Of a DNA stretch of 64,000 nucleotides, positions 7,683 to 18,702 are shown one piece after another (positions within the stretch are counted from its first letter, which is position 1; each line of letters opens with the position of its first letter). The DNA comes from Eubacterium sp. (GTDB lineage Bacteria > Bacillota > Clostridia > Oscillospirales > Acutalibacteraceae). The position numbers were made by a program, and so were the translations under genes. The notes under the pieces are model-generated. The model was not told where the DNA came from, did no database searches, and saw nothing but the letters and a program-made list of their open reading frames with translations. The DNA lies in assembly GCA_050872345.1 (NCBI GenBank), contig JBNMGQ010000001.1, forward strand, positions 2,039-66,038. Reading direction: 5' to 3'.

Positions 7683-9458
7683 TTATTTAATAATTTTTTT
7701 AATTGTGTTTTTCATTTTTGTCGGCATCATTTCACCGATTTTTTGCTTAAAAGATACATCCTCTTTTTTATAAGGAATTACTATTTTTTCGATAGATTGT
7801 GCATCCATATCTTTATCTGTAAAAACTTCCATTAAAATAGGTTGTTCGCTTACAGTGTTCATTAACTGTGGTAAAAATTCATCAAACTCTTCTTTAGTTC
7901 GTGCCGATAAATATTTAAAGCCACGGGATACAACCCAATCTTTAACGCTCGTTTTATGTGCCGCTGCAATATGTTCATCCAATGTAGGAACATTATGCGT
8001 ATTAGGATATGTATGAAAAATCGCACCACCAGAGTTATTACAAACCAAAATTCTGATATTGCTTCCCAAGTATTGATTCCATAGCGCATTCATATCATAA
8101 AAGAAGCTCAAATCTCCAATCACCAAATAACTCAGCTTATTTGATATACTCGCCTGACCTATAAACGCAGACATAGAACCGTCAATTCCATGTGAACCTC
8201 TGTTAGCATAAACAGTAACCGTTGGGTCAACATCGAAATATGCAGATAAGCGAATACTATTGCTGTTTGCAATGTGCAACAATGAATTTGACGGTATATT
8301 TTTAATATATTGCTGTACCGCATACATTGAAGAATAATTGATCGTTTCTTCGTTGAAAGAGCCGTTATAACCAATAGAATCGTGCAAACTCTTCCACTTG
8401 TTATAATATTTGTGCTCTTTTAATTTTTCGCCACCTAATTCACTGAACTTTTCAAAAAATGTCATAGGCGAACAGGCAACTACGTCAGACAATATTTTAA
8501 ACGGATCGGAAACTTTTCCTTTCGATGAAATATGCCAGTGCTCAAATTTATCTTTATCAGGAATAAACCTAACTTTTATTTCCGATATAGTATTGGCATT
8601 CATTGTAATCACAATATCAGGGCACAAAGTTTTCATTTGTGAGGAATTTAATGTTCTACACATAGCAAATGTAGGAACGGCATATTTTGTGTGAAGGTTA
8701 GAGATTATATCACTTGAAATAACCACATCATATTTTTCACAAAAATCTTCTACTATCTTTTTTTCACTGTCACTTAAAGGTCTAAACTGTCCATATATTA
8801 TAAGTACTTTAGATCCCTTTAGTTTATCAGCCCATTTTTTCCACTGTGAGGCATCATCTTCAAGGGTAAGTCTATTAATTTTTCGGACATCAGGTAATCT
8901 GTCTTCATCAAACTTTACAATTCCCTGAGGTATAGGATAATCATTTTCAACAATAAAATTGATATGCACAGGTCCCATTTCACCTTGCGTTAAATCAAGC
9001 AATGCTTCATTGCAAATACGAGAATAGTACCACAAATCTTTTTCATCCCTGACATGACCAAGTGTAACTACATTTTTACAAACTTGGCTATATAATCCTT
9101 CTTGAGGAATCATTTGTTCTTCTTGTTGAAACATATAATAATGATTTCGGTCTGCTGTTAATAAAAGAAGTGGTAATTGCTGATAAAACGCCTCATTTGC
9201 AGCTGATACATAATTAGCAGCAGCTGTGCCCGATGTACAAACAATAGCAACCGGTTCATGCAACTCTTCAATCAAGCCTATTGCAAAAAAGCTTGCACTT
9301 CTTTCATCTACAATAGAATATGTCTTGAAAAAATCATCATGCTCAACCGAATATACAAACGGAGTATGTCGTGTACCTGCAGAAATAACAATGTGTTTAA
9401 TATTAAACTTTTTTAAAAGCGAAACTAATATTTGAATGTTTTTCAAACTACTATACAT
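7683..9458 (-). CDS. MenD-like thiamine-diphosphate-dependent enzyme
   Basis: DERSASF, CTSGTAAANY, LTADR, GPVHIN, NRGSHGIDG, GDLSFFYD…NNSGG (ThDP motif). Confidence 0.85.
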   Translation of the reverse strand: MYSSLKNIQILVSLLKKFNIKHIVISAGTRHTPFVYSVEHDDFFKTYSIVDERSASFFAIGLIEELHEPVAIVCTSGTAAANYVSAANEAFYQQLPLLLLTADRNHYYMFQQEEQMIPQEGLYSQVCKNVVTLGHVRDEKDLWYYSRICNEALLDLTQGEMGPVHINFIVENDYPIPQGIVKFDEDRLPDVRKINRLTLEDDASQWKKWADKLKGSKVLIIYGQFRPLSDSEKKIVEDFCEKYDVVISSDIISNLHTKYAVPTFAMCRTLNSSQMKTLCPDIVITMNANTISEIKVRFIPDKDKFEHWHISSKGKVSDPFKILSDVVACSPMTFFEKFSELGGEKLKEHKYYNKWKSLHDSIGYNGSFNEETINYSSMYAVQQYIKNIPSNSLLHIANSNSIRLSAYFDVDPTVTVYANRGSHGIDGSMSAFIGQASISNKLSYLVIGDLSFFYDMNALWNQYLGSNIRILVCNNSGGAIFHTYPNTHNVPTLDEHIAAAHKTSVKDWVVSRGFKYLSARTKEEFDEFLPQLMNTVSEQPILMEVFTDKDMDAQSIEKIVIPYKKEDVSFKQKIGEMMPTKMKNTIKKIIK

Positions 9459-10995
9459 TCTTGATTCTCCCTTTTATCTTGTTCAAGAATTTTGAAACAA
9501 ATAATTTCATATAATCAAATTCTTTCATCTTTCTATAACAAACAAAGAAGATAAGATTTGGCACAACGCAACAAATTAATGCCTTAATAATCAAATAGAC
9601 TATACCGTTTTCAGGCAATAAATTACATATCAAAAGTGTAGCAAAACCTGCCACATTTGTAATTATCAAATAGTAAAACAACTGACCGAAATACTCTTCT
9701 GCCGATTTTTTAAAATAATTTTTAAATAAAATATGAGACCCCCACGGAATATTTATAAAAACGGTGCAAATCAAAGTGGATATAATTACACCGTTCATTC
9801 CAATAAATTGAACCAATATAATATTAACAATTAAATTAACTGCCGTTGCAACTAATGGTCTAAACCTATCCTCCCACCACAGACCTGCTGCTTCACGGTA
9901 AGTATAGGTCATAGTTGTAAGTCTTGGCAAAAAGAAATAAAGAACCATTAAGTAAACTGTTAAAAAAGGAAATAAATACTTGCCTCCTATCCAAACTTTA
10001 ATAAACGGCTGATATAAACATAAAAGACAAACTGAACACCAACTTGTTATCCAACCATTTGCAAATGTAAAATTCTTAAAATCTTTATAATTATCTTCTA
10101 CTGAATTGGTAATCATTTTATTACCCACACCGGCAGTAATGGATGATGTAATAATTGTGAGAAAAGCAATAATTGATGTTTGTATATAATAGTAATTATT
10201 GTATATTGCAAGTGGTGTCAAACCTAAAAACGAAGAAATAACAATAGTATCTACAGAAGTAAAAATAACATTATAAATCTTAAACGAAAGTAAACCGATA
10301 ATTCTCTTTTTTATTGATTTTTTTTCTTCAACCGATATTTTTCCTTTGCATATAATATCAGGAAACATTTTTTTAGCTAAATATGCATTTGCTAAATTTG
10401 TGACAATAGTTGCTAAAGGCAAAACTACAATGTAGACATAATAATTATGAGTAAAGAGTAAAAGAATAATTTGCAACAGGTTGCTTGAAATGTTAATAAC
10501 GGTAGCTCTTTTACTCAAAAGGTCATTTCTTTGGTATGCTGAAAAAAGTGATTGCTTATATGTAAATAAATAGTATCCTATTACAGTATTAAACAGGTAT
10601 ATTAAATAAAGAATATAAATGTTAATATCAGGTGGATATGTTCCTTTTATTAATTTTGGTAAAAAAGGCAATATTGCCAAACCTAAAACAAGAATTATCG
10701 TACCGATTATTTGATACACTTTTTTATAAACATTTAAAAGAGCACACAAAGAATCTTTATCATCGTTTGCAATAGGCTTATACATACTGAAAACAATCGC
10801 AGTTCCTATTCCAAGTTCAGAAATACTCAGCACCTGCAATATTGAGGAAAACAAACTATTTAAGCCTAAATATTCAGAACCAAGTACTTTAATAAATACT
10901 GTTCTGCATACAAACGGCATTAAAACAGATGCAAGTTTTTCAACAACTCCCCATATCATATTTCGCACTGCATTTTTACTTCGTTCAATCTTCAT
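9451..10995 (-). CDS. Wzx-type polysaccharide flippase (MOP/MATE)
   Basis: Multi-TM; LGSEYLGLNSLF, ELGIG, DTIVISSFLG…YNNY. Confidence 0.88.
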   Translation of the reverse strand: MKIERSKNAVRNMIWGVVEKLASVLMPFVCRTVFIKVLGSEYLGLNSLFSSILQVLSISELGIGTAIVFSMYKPIANDDKDSLCALLNVYKKVYQIIGTIILVLGLAILPFLPKLIKGTYPPDINIYILYLIYLFNTVIGYYLFTYKQSLFSAYQRNDLLSKRATVINISSNLLQIILLLFTHNYYVYIVVLPLATIVTNLANAYLAKKMFPDIICKGKISVEEKKSIKKRIIGLLSFKIYNVIFTSVDTIVISSFLGLTPLAIYNNYYYIQTSIIAFLTIITSSITAGVGNKMITNSVEDNYKDFKNFTFANGWITSWCSVCLLCLYQPFIKVWIGGKYLFPFLTVYLMVLYFFLPRLTTMTYTYREAAGLWWEDRFRPLVATAVNLIVNIILVQFIGMNGVIISTLICTVFINIPWGSHILFKNYFKKSAEEYFGQLFYYLIITNVAGFATLLICNLLPENGIVYLIIKALICCVVPNLIFFVCYRKMKEFDYMKLFVSKFLNKIKGRIKNV

Positions 10996-11036
10996 TTATA
11001 TCCGTTATACCTTTCAGCTATTGAAAATTTTATTAT

Positions 11037-12125
11037 CTAACCAATATTGAATGCTTTGAGCAAAAAGTCATTTGCCTTGTTTCTTTCTTTTTCTAATATA
11101 TCATAACCGGTGCTGTAATCATGTTCAAAAGCATTATCCATCTCAAAATTATCAACATATTTTCTTTCAATATTAAATTTCTTCAAAAATGTTTCGATTC
11201 TTGAACTCATATTATTCCCTGCACTCTGCCTGTCAAACACTAAAAACGGCTTGTCAAAAAGAAATGCGAAAACACAAGCATGAAAAGAATCGGTTAAAAC
11301 CATTGTAGCATTATCGACTAAATTTAAAAATTCACTCGGTCCTGCCGCATATACATCAGGTTGTTTGCAATCAAGTAAATTGTAAACTTCCAAATCGAAT
11401 TTTTCAGATATAGTTTTTAAATATTGATTCGCCTTATCATCTTTTCCACCAAGAAAATATGTTAATATATATTTTTTATTTGTATTAACCTTTTGTGGCT
11501 TTTTTTCAATTTTTCTCCACTCGTCGGCACTAAGCATCATTGTGGGGTCAATAACAACCGGACATGTTCTTCCGGTCAAATCTTCAATTATTTTTTCACC
11601 GGCTTCTTCCCTAACTGATAAATATTTTATTGACTGCAAATTTTTTTTAAAGTGATCTTTCCATTCATCTGCAATTTCTTCAACACCAAAACTTGGAGCA
11701 AAACAAATTTTTTGTTCGTTCCTTGCAAATGTAAGAAGAAACAGTTCTTTTTTTAACGGTTGGTCTCCATACCATTTATAGTTCCAAACTTGGTCACTTC
11801 CGAGAACGAAATAGTCTTCTTCGTTTTCCAAGCCTTCCAATGAAGTTATTTGCTTTATATTCACATAATTGTCATTAAATTTTTTGAACACTACACGCCT
11901 TTTGTATCCGTTTGTCCAAACATTTTTATCTTTCGTAAGTTTATAAAATGTCACTGCGTGAAGGAATTTATGCATTTTATCTTTTGAAGTTATCTCTTCT
12001 CCTTCGCAAGAATAAGTTGTTGCTTCAATATTCAACTTTTTCAAAACCTCTTGAAGAGCATAATTTTGCAGTCTATTGCCATAATTGGCTTGTGGGTCAC
12101 AAAGTGTAATAATTCCTGCCCTCAT
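11037..12125 (-). CDS. Polysaccharide pyruvyl transferase family protein
   Basis: NYGNRLQ, GSDQVWN, SVRE, DPT, TDSFH. Confidence 0.9.
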   Translation of the reverse strand: MRAGIITLCDPQANYGNRLQNYALQEVLKKLNIEATTYSCEGEEITSKDKMHKFLHAVTFYKLTKDKNVWTNGYKRRVVFKKFNDNYVNIKQITSLEGLENEEDYFVLGSDQVWNYKWYGDQPLKKELFLLTFARNEQKICFAPSFGVEEIADEWKDHFKKNLQSIKYLSVREEAGEKIIEDLTGRTCPVVIDPTMMLSADEWRKIEKKPQKVNTNKKYILTYFLGGKDDKANQYLKTISEKFDLEVYNLLDCKQPDVYAAGPSEFLNLVDNATMVLTDSFHACVFAFLFDKPFLVFDRQSAGNNMSSRIETFLKKFNIERKYVDNFEMDNAFEHDYSTGYDILEKERNKANDFLLKAFNIG

Positions 12126-12161
12126 TGTTAATTCCTTTCACAATAATTCCTAATGTCTAAT

Positions 12162-13229
12162 TCATAAATGATACACGAATATTTTTTTAACCTTTAATAA
12201 CATATTTCTCAAAACATCGTGATAACTTTTTTTATTATTACTGTTTTGACCTGCACAAAGGAAGTCAAAAAGTTCATCATATTTCTTAGTTAACACAAAA
12301 TCAGAATAAATTTTGTTATATTCTTGATTTGTGAATTTTTCATCATTAGCAAATATATACGGGCTGAATATATCGGTAGTTTCTTCTATTTTCTTAACAG
12401 CCTCAACTCTATCGTCTTTCAAATGCGGTATGTACATTTTGCACACATCAACATACTCGTGAAATGCAAAGTCTTTAATAAGCGACACTTTTTTATTTTC
12501 CGGCAAAGAAGATTTTTTTACTGCTTGGCACAAAATATCGGTATATTGCTTAAGCCAAATATTATACTTTTCATAATATTTACCACAAGCGTTATTAACA
12601 TTGAGCATACTGTAAAAATAAACATTTTTGTCTATTGCCGTAAACTTGTCGCAATATTTCAAATATTCCCATACAAAAATACGGTCCTCGCCAAATTCAA
12701 TGCCTTCGCTAAACTTTATTTGATGATTATTAATAATATCTGTTTTATAAAGTTTTGCCCACGGACTTCTCAATATAATATGATACTCAACCAACTTGTT
12801 GATTTCATCAACTGATAAAGTTTCATTTTTCAGTTCTTGTATGATTTTATTACCGGTTATACCAACAAACATTCCTGTTCCGAAGCAAAAATCCGATTCG
12901 TTATTTTCAATACCATTAACTAAATCTGCTATTGCAGTTTGAGGAAGCCAGTCATCGCTGTCAACAAAGATTACATATTTACCGGTTGCTTTTTCCAAGC
13001 CTAAATTTCTCGCAGATGAAACTCCACCGTTTTTCTTATGGAAAACAACTATTCTGCCGTCCCTTTTTGCAAGTTTGTCGCACAGTGCACCACTTTTATC
13101 GGGCGATCCGTCATCAACAAGAATTATCTCTAAATTTTTATATGTTTGTTTGCAAACACTTGAAACACATTTTTTCAAATATTCTTCAACATTATATACC
13201 GGAATAATAACAGATACCTTGTTTTCCAT
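12162..13229 (-). CDS. Glycosyltransferase family 2
   Basis: VSVIIPVYN, VDDGS, GVSSARN, FVDSDD, GED. Confidence 0.92.
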   Translation of the reverse strand: MENKVSVIIPVYNVEEYLKKCVSSVCKQTYKNLEIILVDDGSPDKSGALCDKLAKRDGRIVVFHKKNGGVSSARNLGLEKATGKYVIFVDSDDWLPQTAIADLVNGIENNESDFCFGTGMFVGITGNKIIQELKNETLSVDEINKLVEYHIILRSPWAKLYKTDIINNHQIKFSEGIEFGEDRIFVWEYLKYCDKFTAIDKNVYFYSMLNVNNACGKYYEKYNIWLKQYTDILCQAVKKSSLPENKKVSLIKDFAFHEYVDVCKMYIPHLKDDRVEAVKKIEETTDIFSPYIFANDEKFTNQEYNKIYSDFVLTKKYDELFDFLCAGQNSNNKKSYHDVLRNMLLKVKKIFVYHL

Positions 13230-13242
13230 GCTAACCCTCTTT

Positions 13243-14253
13243 TTACTTCAGTTTTATTATTATTTTTTTCACCAACAATTTAAGTTGCTTTTTCGTTTTG
13301 TTTAACCTGACTTTATGTATAAATGAATTGTGATTAAATATTGCCATTTTTGCCATATTGGAAATTAAACCATCAGGCGAAATTGTTTTTGACAATTCTA
13401 AATAGTCATTTTTCATTTGAGCATAAATTGAATCGTATATATCTTTATATTTTTTATAGTCGGCTTCTATAATTGCTGACATTAAAACTGCACTGTCATT
13501 TATTTTTTTATATGCTACAAATTTATACAAATCAGGAAAGTTAGATTTATAATAGTCACTCAAACTTTGTGCGCAATCAAGGAGTGCCAACTTTCTTTCG
13601 GAAAACGAAGATTGCTCGGTACTGTTTGGCCTGATATTTTGAATGTACATACATTCACCGATATGAACTGCTTTTTTACATCTGCCTAAAACCGAGTGCA
13701 TAATATACGCATCTTCGTTAGCTGTGAATTTCGGAAAGCGAATATTATCAAAAAGAGCTTTTTTATAAACCTTATTACACGGACCTGTATGTACATTGGG
13801 CGTTGTTACATATTCTTTCATCAACTGTTCTGTATTCCAACATACTTCATTTGAAAAAACAGGCTCATCATGAAGCTTAATGCCATTATTAACAGCAATT
13901 CCACAAAGTGCTATATCTGCATTATTTCGTTCAATAGCACCTACCATAGCTTCAATCATATTAGGTTTAATCAAATCGTCGCTGTCAACAAAAGCAATAT
14001 ACTCGCCTTTGCACTTATCAAGTGCCACATTTCTTGCGACACCCTGCCCTTCATTTTTTTTATGAATTACAATAACTCTGCTGTCTTTTGACGCAAATTT
14101 ATCACAAATTTGAGGGCAATTATCTGTCGAGCCGTCATCAACTAAAAACACTTCAAGATTTTTATAAGTTTGTGATAATACCGACTCAATGCATTTTTTT
14201 AAATAATCTTCAACATTATAAACGGGAATAATCACCGTAACGAGTGATTCCAT
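13243..14253 (-). CDS. Glycosyltransferase family 2
   Basis: VIIPVYN, VDDGSTD, ARN, FVDSDD, NED. Confidence 0.92.
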   Translation of the reverse strand: MESLVTVIIPVYNVEDYLKKCIESVLSQTYKNLEVFLVDDGSTDNCPQICDKFASKDSRVIVIHKKNEGQGVARNVALDKCKGEYIAFVDSDDLIKPNMIEAMVGAIERNNADIALCGIAVNNGIKLHDEPVFSNEVCWNTEQLMKEYVTTPNVHTGPCNKVYKKALFDNIRFPKFTANEDAYIMHSVLGRCKKAVHIGECMYIQNIRPNSTEQSSFSERKLALLDCAQSLSDYYKSNFPDLYKFVAYKKINDSAVLMSAIIEADYKKYKDIYDSIYAQMKNDYLELSKTISPDGLISNMAKMAIFNHNSFIHKVRLNKTKKQLKLLVKKIIIKLK

Positions 14254-14255
14254 AA

Positions 14256-15386
14256 TCAAATTCCTTTATACCAACTATTTTTAATAACTTCTGCTTTGCT
14301 CATAGGGCCATCAGAAAACAAATCGGTGTTTTTATTTTCATCAAGTAATTTTACTGTTTGCACAAACCTTTCGGCGGCAACTTCATAATTCCATAATGAA
14401 GCAATAGTATATACTGCGTTTGAACTGATTTCTTTTCTTCCTTCTTCATTATTCAAAAGAAATTTCACTTTTTCATATGCATCATTTGAATCATTAACTT
14501 TAAAAATAAGTCCGTTTTTCCCATCTTTAATCAAATAAGGTACTGAACCTGCTGCACAACTTGCAACGACTGCACAGGCATTACTCATAGCTTCGTTTAA
14601 AGTTGCTCCCCAACCTTCTTTAAAATCACTTGTAAAGAGGAAAATTTCACTTTCAGCCATCATATCCATTAATTCATCATGACTTTTTGAGCCTATAAGT
14701 TTAACTTTTTCATTCAAATTTTTTTGATTAATTAAATCAGATACAACACTATATTGAGGACCTTCGCCGACAATATTCATTTCAAAATCATACCCGTCTT
14801 TGCAAAGCCTTTCAGCAATATTAATCGCTATTTCAGGATGTTTCCAATCAAGCATTCTGCCTGCCCAAAGAATGGTATTTTTCTTTTTGGAAACATTTTC
14901 ACTTGATTTTGTATTAGGAAAATATCCCCATTTAAAGCATTTTTCAACCGGAAAATTAAGCAATGATAATTCATATGACAAATACGCACTTGCACAAAGA
15001 ACATACATATTTTTATTCTTATATTTTACTATTCTGTCTTCAATCTTTTTACGAGTAGTAGGTATAAATCTTCTCCACAAACCTTTTTTCAAAAATCTTT
15101 CCGAATATAAAAATGAGAGCTTGTTGTCCCTCATTCTGAGTTCTATGAGTTCGTTAGGACAAGCACCGAATATAACTGCATCTGCATTTATAATCATATC
15201 TTCGACTTTGTTTTTATTTTCAGAATTGTAGTTTATAACATAAGGTGCATCGGTCGTTGTTTGATAACCTTGACTGCCACCGGCTTGCGTTGCAATAAAA
15301 TTAAAATTGTCACATAATTCAATCATCTTTTTGCAAAAAGGTATTTGATGATGATTTAAAAAATTTGATACAAATATAATATTCAT
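14256..15386 (-). CDS. Glycosyltransferase family 4
   Basis: AGR…K, GEGP, EGWGATLNEAM. Confidence 0.88.
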   Translation of the reverse strand: MNIIFVSNFLNHHQIPFCKKMIELCDNFNFIATQAGGSQGYQTTTDAPYVINYNSENKNKVEDMIINADAVIFGACPNELIELRMRDNKLSFLYSERFLKKGLWRRFIPTTRKKIEDRIVKYKNKNMYVLCASAYLSYELSLLNFPVEKCFKWGYFPNTKSSENVSKKKNTILWAGRMLDWKHPEIAINIAERLCKDGYDFEMNIVGEGPQYSVVSDLINQKNLNEKVKLIGSKSHDELMDMMAESEIFLFTSDFKEGWGATLNEAMSNACAVVASCAAGSVPYLIKDGKNGLIFKVNDSNDAYEKVKFLLNNEEGRKEISSNAVYTIASLWNYEVAAERFVQTVKLLDENKNTDLFSDGPMSKAEVIKNSWYKGI

Positions 15387-15397
15387 AATCATTTCTC

Positions 15398-16447
15398 CTA
15401 CTGCCAAAAGAACCTGTACGGCACGAAATCACTTCCGTGCAGTCTGTAAGCAAAAAGCAAAACAGCCAATGCCAAAACGATTATATAAATATGCGTTTTT
15501 TCTCTTCTTGAAGTAATACGAATTGCATTTGGCAATGCACCTATTTGCGAAAAAGCAAAATAAAAACTTATTCTTTCAGCTGCCTGTGCACCAAAATAGC
15601 GCATTGCAAAGCACGCCATTCCGACTATTAAAACATATAGTAATGGCGTTTCATTTTCTTTCGGTGTATAACTGTAATAAACCAACGAAACGATAAATAT
15701 CAGTATGTAAACAGCAAGAGCAACAAAACCACCGGATGAAACAGTATTACTGTACTCTCTGTCGAATACATTATTTGCAACACCTATAATATTCTTAGAA
15801 AGAAATACAGCCACTGCCGATATTCCGAGTACAACGCATACTTTTATCCAAGAGAAATCTAATCTGCACAAAATATAAACAACAAAGAACACTATTGCTG
15901 TTTGGTGGAATGCAGTTGCTAATAATACAAGCAATACAAAACGGATAAGATGTTTTCGTTTTGCCTGCTCATAAGCAAAAAGGCATATACTCATAGCGAT
16001 ACTTTGGCGCATACCTTGAAGATTAAAAAGCATTAAGCCAAGGGTAATATATGAAGTTATCGAAAGTGGTATATCATCACTATTGTTATCAATAAAATAG
16101 AAAATACTTGATATAAACATAAGTGATGATATTACCAACAGCCATTGTGGGTCTTTAAAAATTCTTGATAAAAGGAATATGAAAAACTGCGCACCCTTTT
16201 CAAAATAGTCCGGGTCATAATATTCTTTCCAAGAAGAACATCCTATTGCTGTTTTCATTGTGTTGTAATAGTTTTGTGTATCTGTACTGCCCAAGCTGTA
16301 ATGACGCAAACCCAAAATCACAAACATTACTGCACCACAAATAATATAATATATTATTTTTTTCTTTTTGTTTTCTTCTAATCTTAAGTCAGAATAAAAG
16401 CATCCTAAAATTATCGGGAAAACAGCAAGTAAAATGTATATAGCCAT
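15398..16447 (-). CDS. EpsG family polysaccharide polymerase (Wzy-like)
   Basis: Multi-TM; GLR…GSTD…Y, EKG, MRQSIA, FHQTA, ERISFYF. Confidence 0.85.
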   Translation of the reverse strand: MAIYILLAVFPIILGCFYSDLRLEENKKKKIIYYIICGAVMFVILGLRHYSLGSTDTQNYYNTMKTAIGCSSWKEYYDPDYFEKGAQFFIFLLSRIFKDPQWLLVISSLMFISSIFYFIDNNSDDIPLSITSYITLGLMLFNLQGMRQSIAMSICLFAYEQAKRKHLIRFVLLVLLATAFHQTAIVFFVVYILCRLDFSWIKVCVVLGISAVAVFLSKNIIGVANNVFDREYSNTVSSGGFVALAVYILIFIVSLVYYSYTPKENETPLLYVLIVGMACFAMRYFGAQAAERISFYFAFSQIGALPNAIRITSRREKTHIYIIVLALAVLLFAYRLHGSDFVPYRFFWQ

Positions 16448-16464
16448 TCTTTTCTCCGTGTTTT

Positions 16465-17706
16465 TTAAATTATTTCTCTATACATATCTAAATAGTCAGA
16501 AATGTTTTTTTCTCTGTTGTGTGCAACTGTCGCTTTATCTATTGCTGCCTTTGAAAAGGATTTGCAAAGATTTGTATCATCAAATAACATTTCAATTCTA
16601 TTTGCAAGATATGGTACTTCTTGATAATCATACAAAAATCCGTCTTGCTTATCAGAAATAAAATCTGCCATACCACCTCTGAATGAAGCAATAACAGGGC
16701 AACCCAAAAACATACTTTCTCTCAAAATAAGCGAAGTGCCCTCAATTGCCGACGGAATAACAGTAATACGACTTTTTAACATATTTTCACACATTTGAGC
16801 ACCTGTTTGCCTACCCAGAAATTCAATGTTTGATGTCAAATCATATTTAGCTATTAATTTTGAAATATATTTTGAATAAGCGCTGTTAACGATTAACTTT
16901 CCGTCACTGCCCATTCCAGGGACAAGTAGTTTAATATTAGGATATTTGGGCTTAAGCAATGCAACTGCTTCAATTAATTTATGTACACCTTTTAGCGGTG
17001 TTCCACCGGGATTTGTAAATATAGTATATGGTTCGCATTTGTCAGCATCCCATTTATTTGAAGAATACAGTTCATCTCTCAAATTATACTCAATTTTAAA
17101 CACTTTTAATTTAGGATTAATTGCCTTACAAATGGAACTGTCCCATGTGTTTACTGCGTTAACATACTGAACTCTTTTAAGAATTTCCTTTTCGTGTTCT
17201 GCATTTTTTTTATGGATAAAATGCATTTCAATTTCACCATTTAAATGAATATTCTGGCTAAGCGTTCTGCCAAATATAAAATGTCGAATAGGAACCTCTC
17301 CAAAATCAACATCTTTGATTCTGTTGAGTATTCCTTGAATTGATACTACAGCTTTAACATTTGGACACGCTCTTAAAAACGAAAGACCATGAGAATATTC
17401 GGTTCCGTGAAGATGAACTATATCTGGTTCAAATTCATCGTTAATTTTTTTCCAATAATCTTCGTATTTCTTTGTGTAAAAAAGCATATTTTTGCCATTG
17501 CCCGGCAACATATAGTATGTAATATTGTTGATTTTTTCAACTTTATAAGTAGTGCCGTAAACACAGGCAATCGCCAAATTGACATTTGGTTGATTTGACA
17601 ACATTTTTGAAATATCAATCATCCAAGTGCCACTGCTTCCGGTCTGAATGTTCAAATGTTCTGCAAGTTCAGGCATCACCATATTTACAATCCACAAAAT
17701 ATTCAT
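16465..17706 (-). CDS. Glycosyltransferase family 4
   Basis: PDIVHLHGTE, KG, PSAIEGTSLILRESM. Confidence 0.85.
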   Translation of the reverse strand: MNILWIVNMVMPELAEHLNIQTGSSGTWMIDISKMLSNQPNVNLAIACVYGTTYKVEKINNITYYMLPGNGKNMLFYTKKYEDYWKKINDEFEPDIVHLHGTEYSHGLSFLRACPNVKAVVSIQGILNRIKDVDFGEVPIRHFIFGRTLSQNIHLNGEIEMHFIHKKNAEHEKEILKRVQYVNAVNTWDSSICKAINPKLKVFKIEYNLRDELYSSNKWDADKCEPYTIFTNPGGTPLKGVHKLIEAVALLKPKYPNIKLLVPGMGSDGKLIVNSAYSKYISKLIAKYDLTSNIEFLGRQTGAQMCENMLKSRITVIPSAIEGTSLILRESMFLGCPVIASFRGGMADFISDKQDGFLYDYQEVPYLANRIEMLFDDTNLCKSFSKAAIDKATVAHNREKNISDYLDMYREII

Positions 17707-17746
17707 AAATTATCTGTCACCTCAAAATAGCATCAATGCTATGCGC

Positions 17747-18700
17747 TTAAATATTTGATTTTTTTGTTTTTATTCTGTCGTCACCCGGCAGGCTGATGAT
17801 TGAATCGTTAATAGTTTTTGACTCTCTAAGCCGATTAACAAAATCAACTATGACCTTGTCATATTCATCACCTATTATTAATTTAGGATTAATTGCAGTA
17901 AAATAAAAACCGACATTCATTGAGCTTTTATCGTCGGAATAAAATCTGCCAACCTTATCAAGATAAGCTCCACCTGATAAAACACCTGATAAAACATCGA
18001 TAAGCATTGCAATAGCATATCCTTTAAACCCTGCCATAGGCTGAACAAGACCTTGAATTGCTTCATCAGGGTCGGTTGTAGCATTTCCGTTTTTATCTAA
18101 TGCCCAACCACTCGGAAGTGATTTTCCTTGTTCTTTGTATTCTTTAAACTTAGACTTAGCAACAACGCTTGTTGCCATATCAATAATAATCGGTTCTTTA
18201 TTTGGTACCGGTATAACAGCAGCAAAAGGATTTGTGCCAAGCATCTTATCTTTGCCACCGATAGGTGCCATTTGTGCCGGACTATTACAACAAACAAAAC
18301 CAATCATTCCCTGTTTTGCAGCCATTAACGGATAATAAAATGCAGGACCCAATGTATTGTTATTACAACTGATTACATGAAAAATTCCGACTTCTTTTGC
18401 TTTTTCTATTGCATAATTCATACAATAATGTGCACTCACAAAACCAAAAGAATTGTCACCGTCAATCAGTGCGAAAGAAGGCGTTTCTTTTATGTGCTTA
18501 AAATTCGGAGTGGTATTGTACGCACCTCTTTCAAAACGATTAATATGCGTTTCCAAAATTCTTACGCCATGTGATGTTACACCATACAAATCTGCCGTTG
18601 CCATAACATCTGCGATAATTTCACATTGAGTAAAAGGAATATCCTTTTTTCGCAATGTTTCAATTATTTCATTTTTTTCATTTTCAAATGAAAAACTCAT
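17747..18700 (-). CDS. Ldh_2 family 2-hydroxyacid oxidoreductase (ComC/AllD-like)
   Basis: ADLYGVTSHG, DGDNSFG, GTNP, DMATS, KGYAIA, LPGD. Confidence 0.88.
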   Translation of the reverse strand: MSFSFENEKNEIIETLRKKDIPFTQCEIIADVMATADLYGVTSHGVRILETHINRFERGAYNTTPNFKHIKETPSFALIDGDNSFGFVSAHYCMNYAIEKAKEVGIFHVISCNNNTLGPAFYYPLMAAKQGMIGFVCCNSPAQMAPIGGKDKMLGTNPFAAVIPVPNKEPIIIDMATSVVAKSKFKEYKEQGKSLPSGWALDKNGNATTDPDEAIQGLVQPMAGFKGYAIAMLIDVLSGVLSGGAYLDKVGRFYSDDKSSMNVGFYFTAINPKLIIGDEYDKVIVDFVNRLRESKTINDSIISLPGDDRIKTKKSNI

Positions 18701-18702
18701 AA

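Noticed and set aside
7683-9458. Menaquinone biosynthesis locus
   Set aside because: No other men genes are present and the gene is embedded in the polysaccharide operon, so the menD symbol was withheld.
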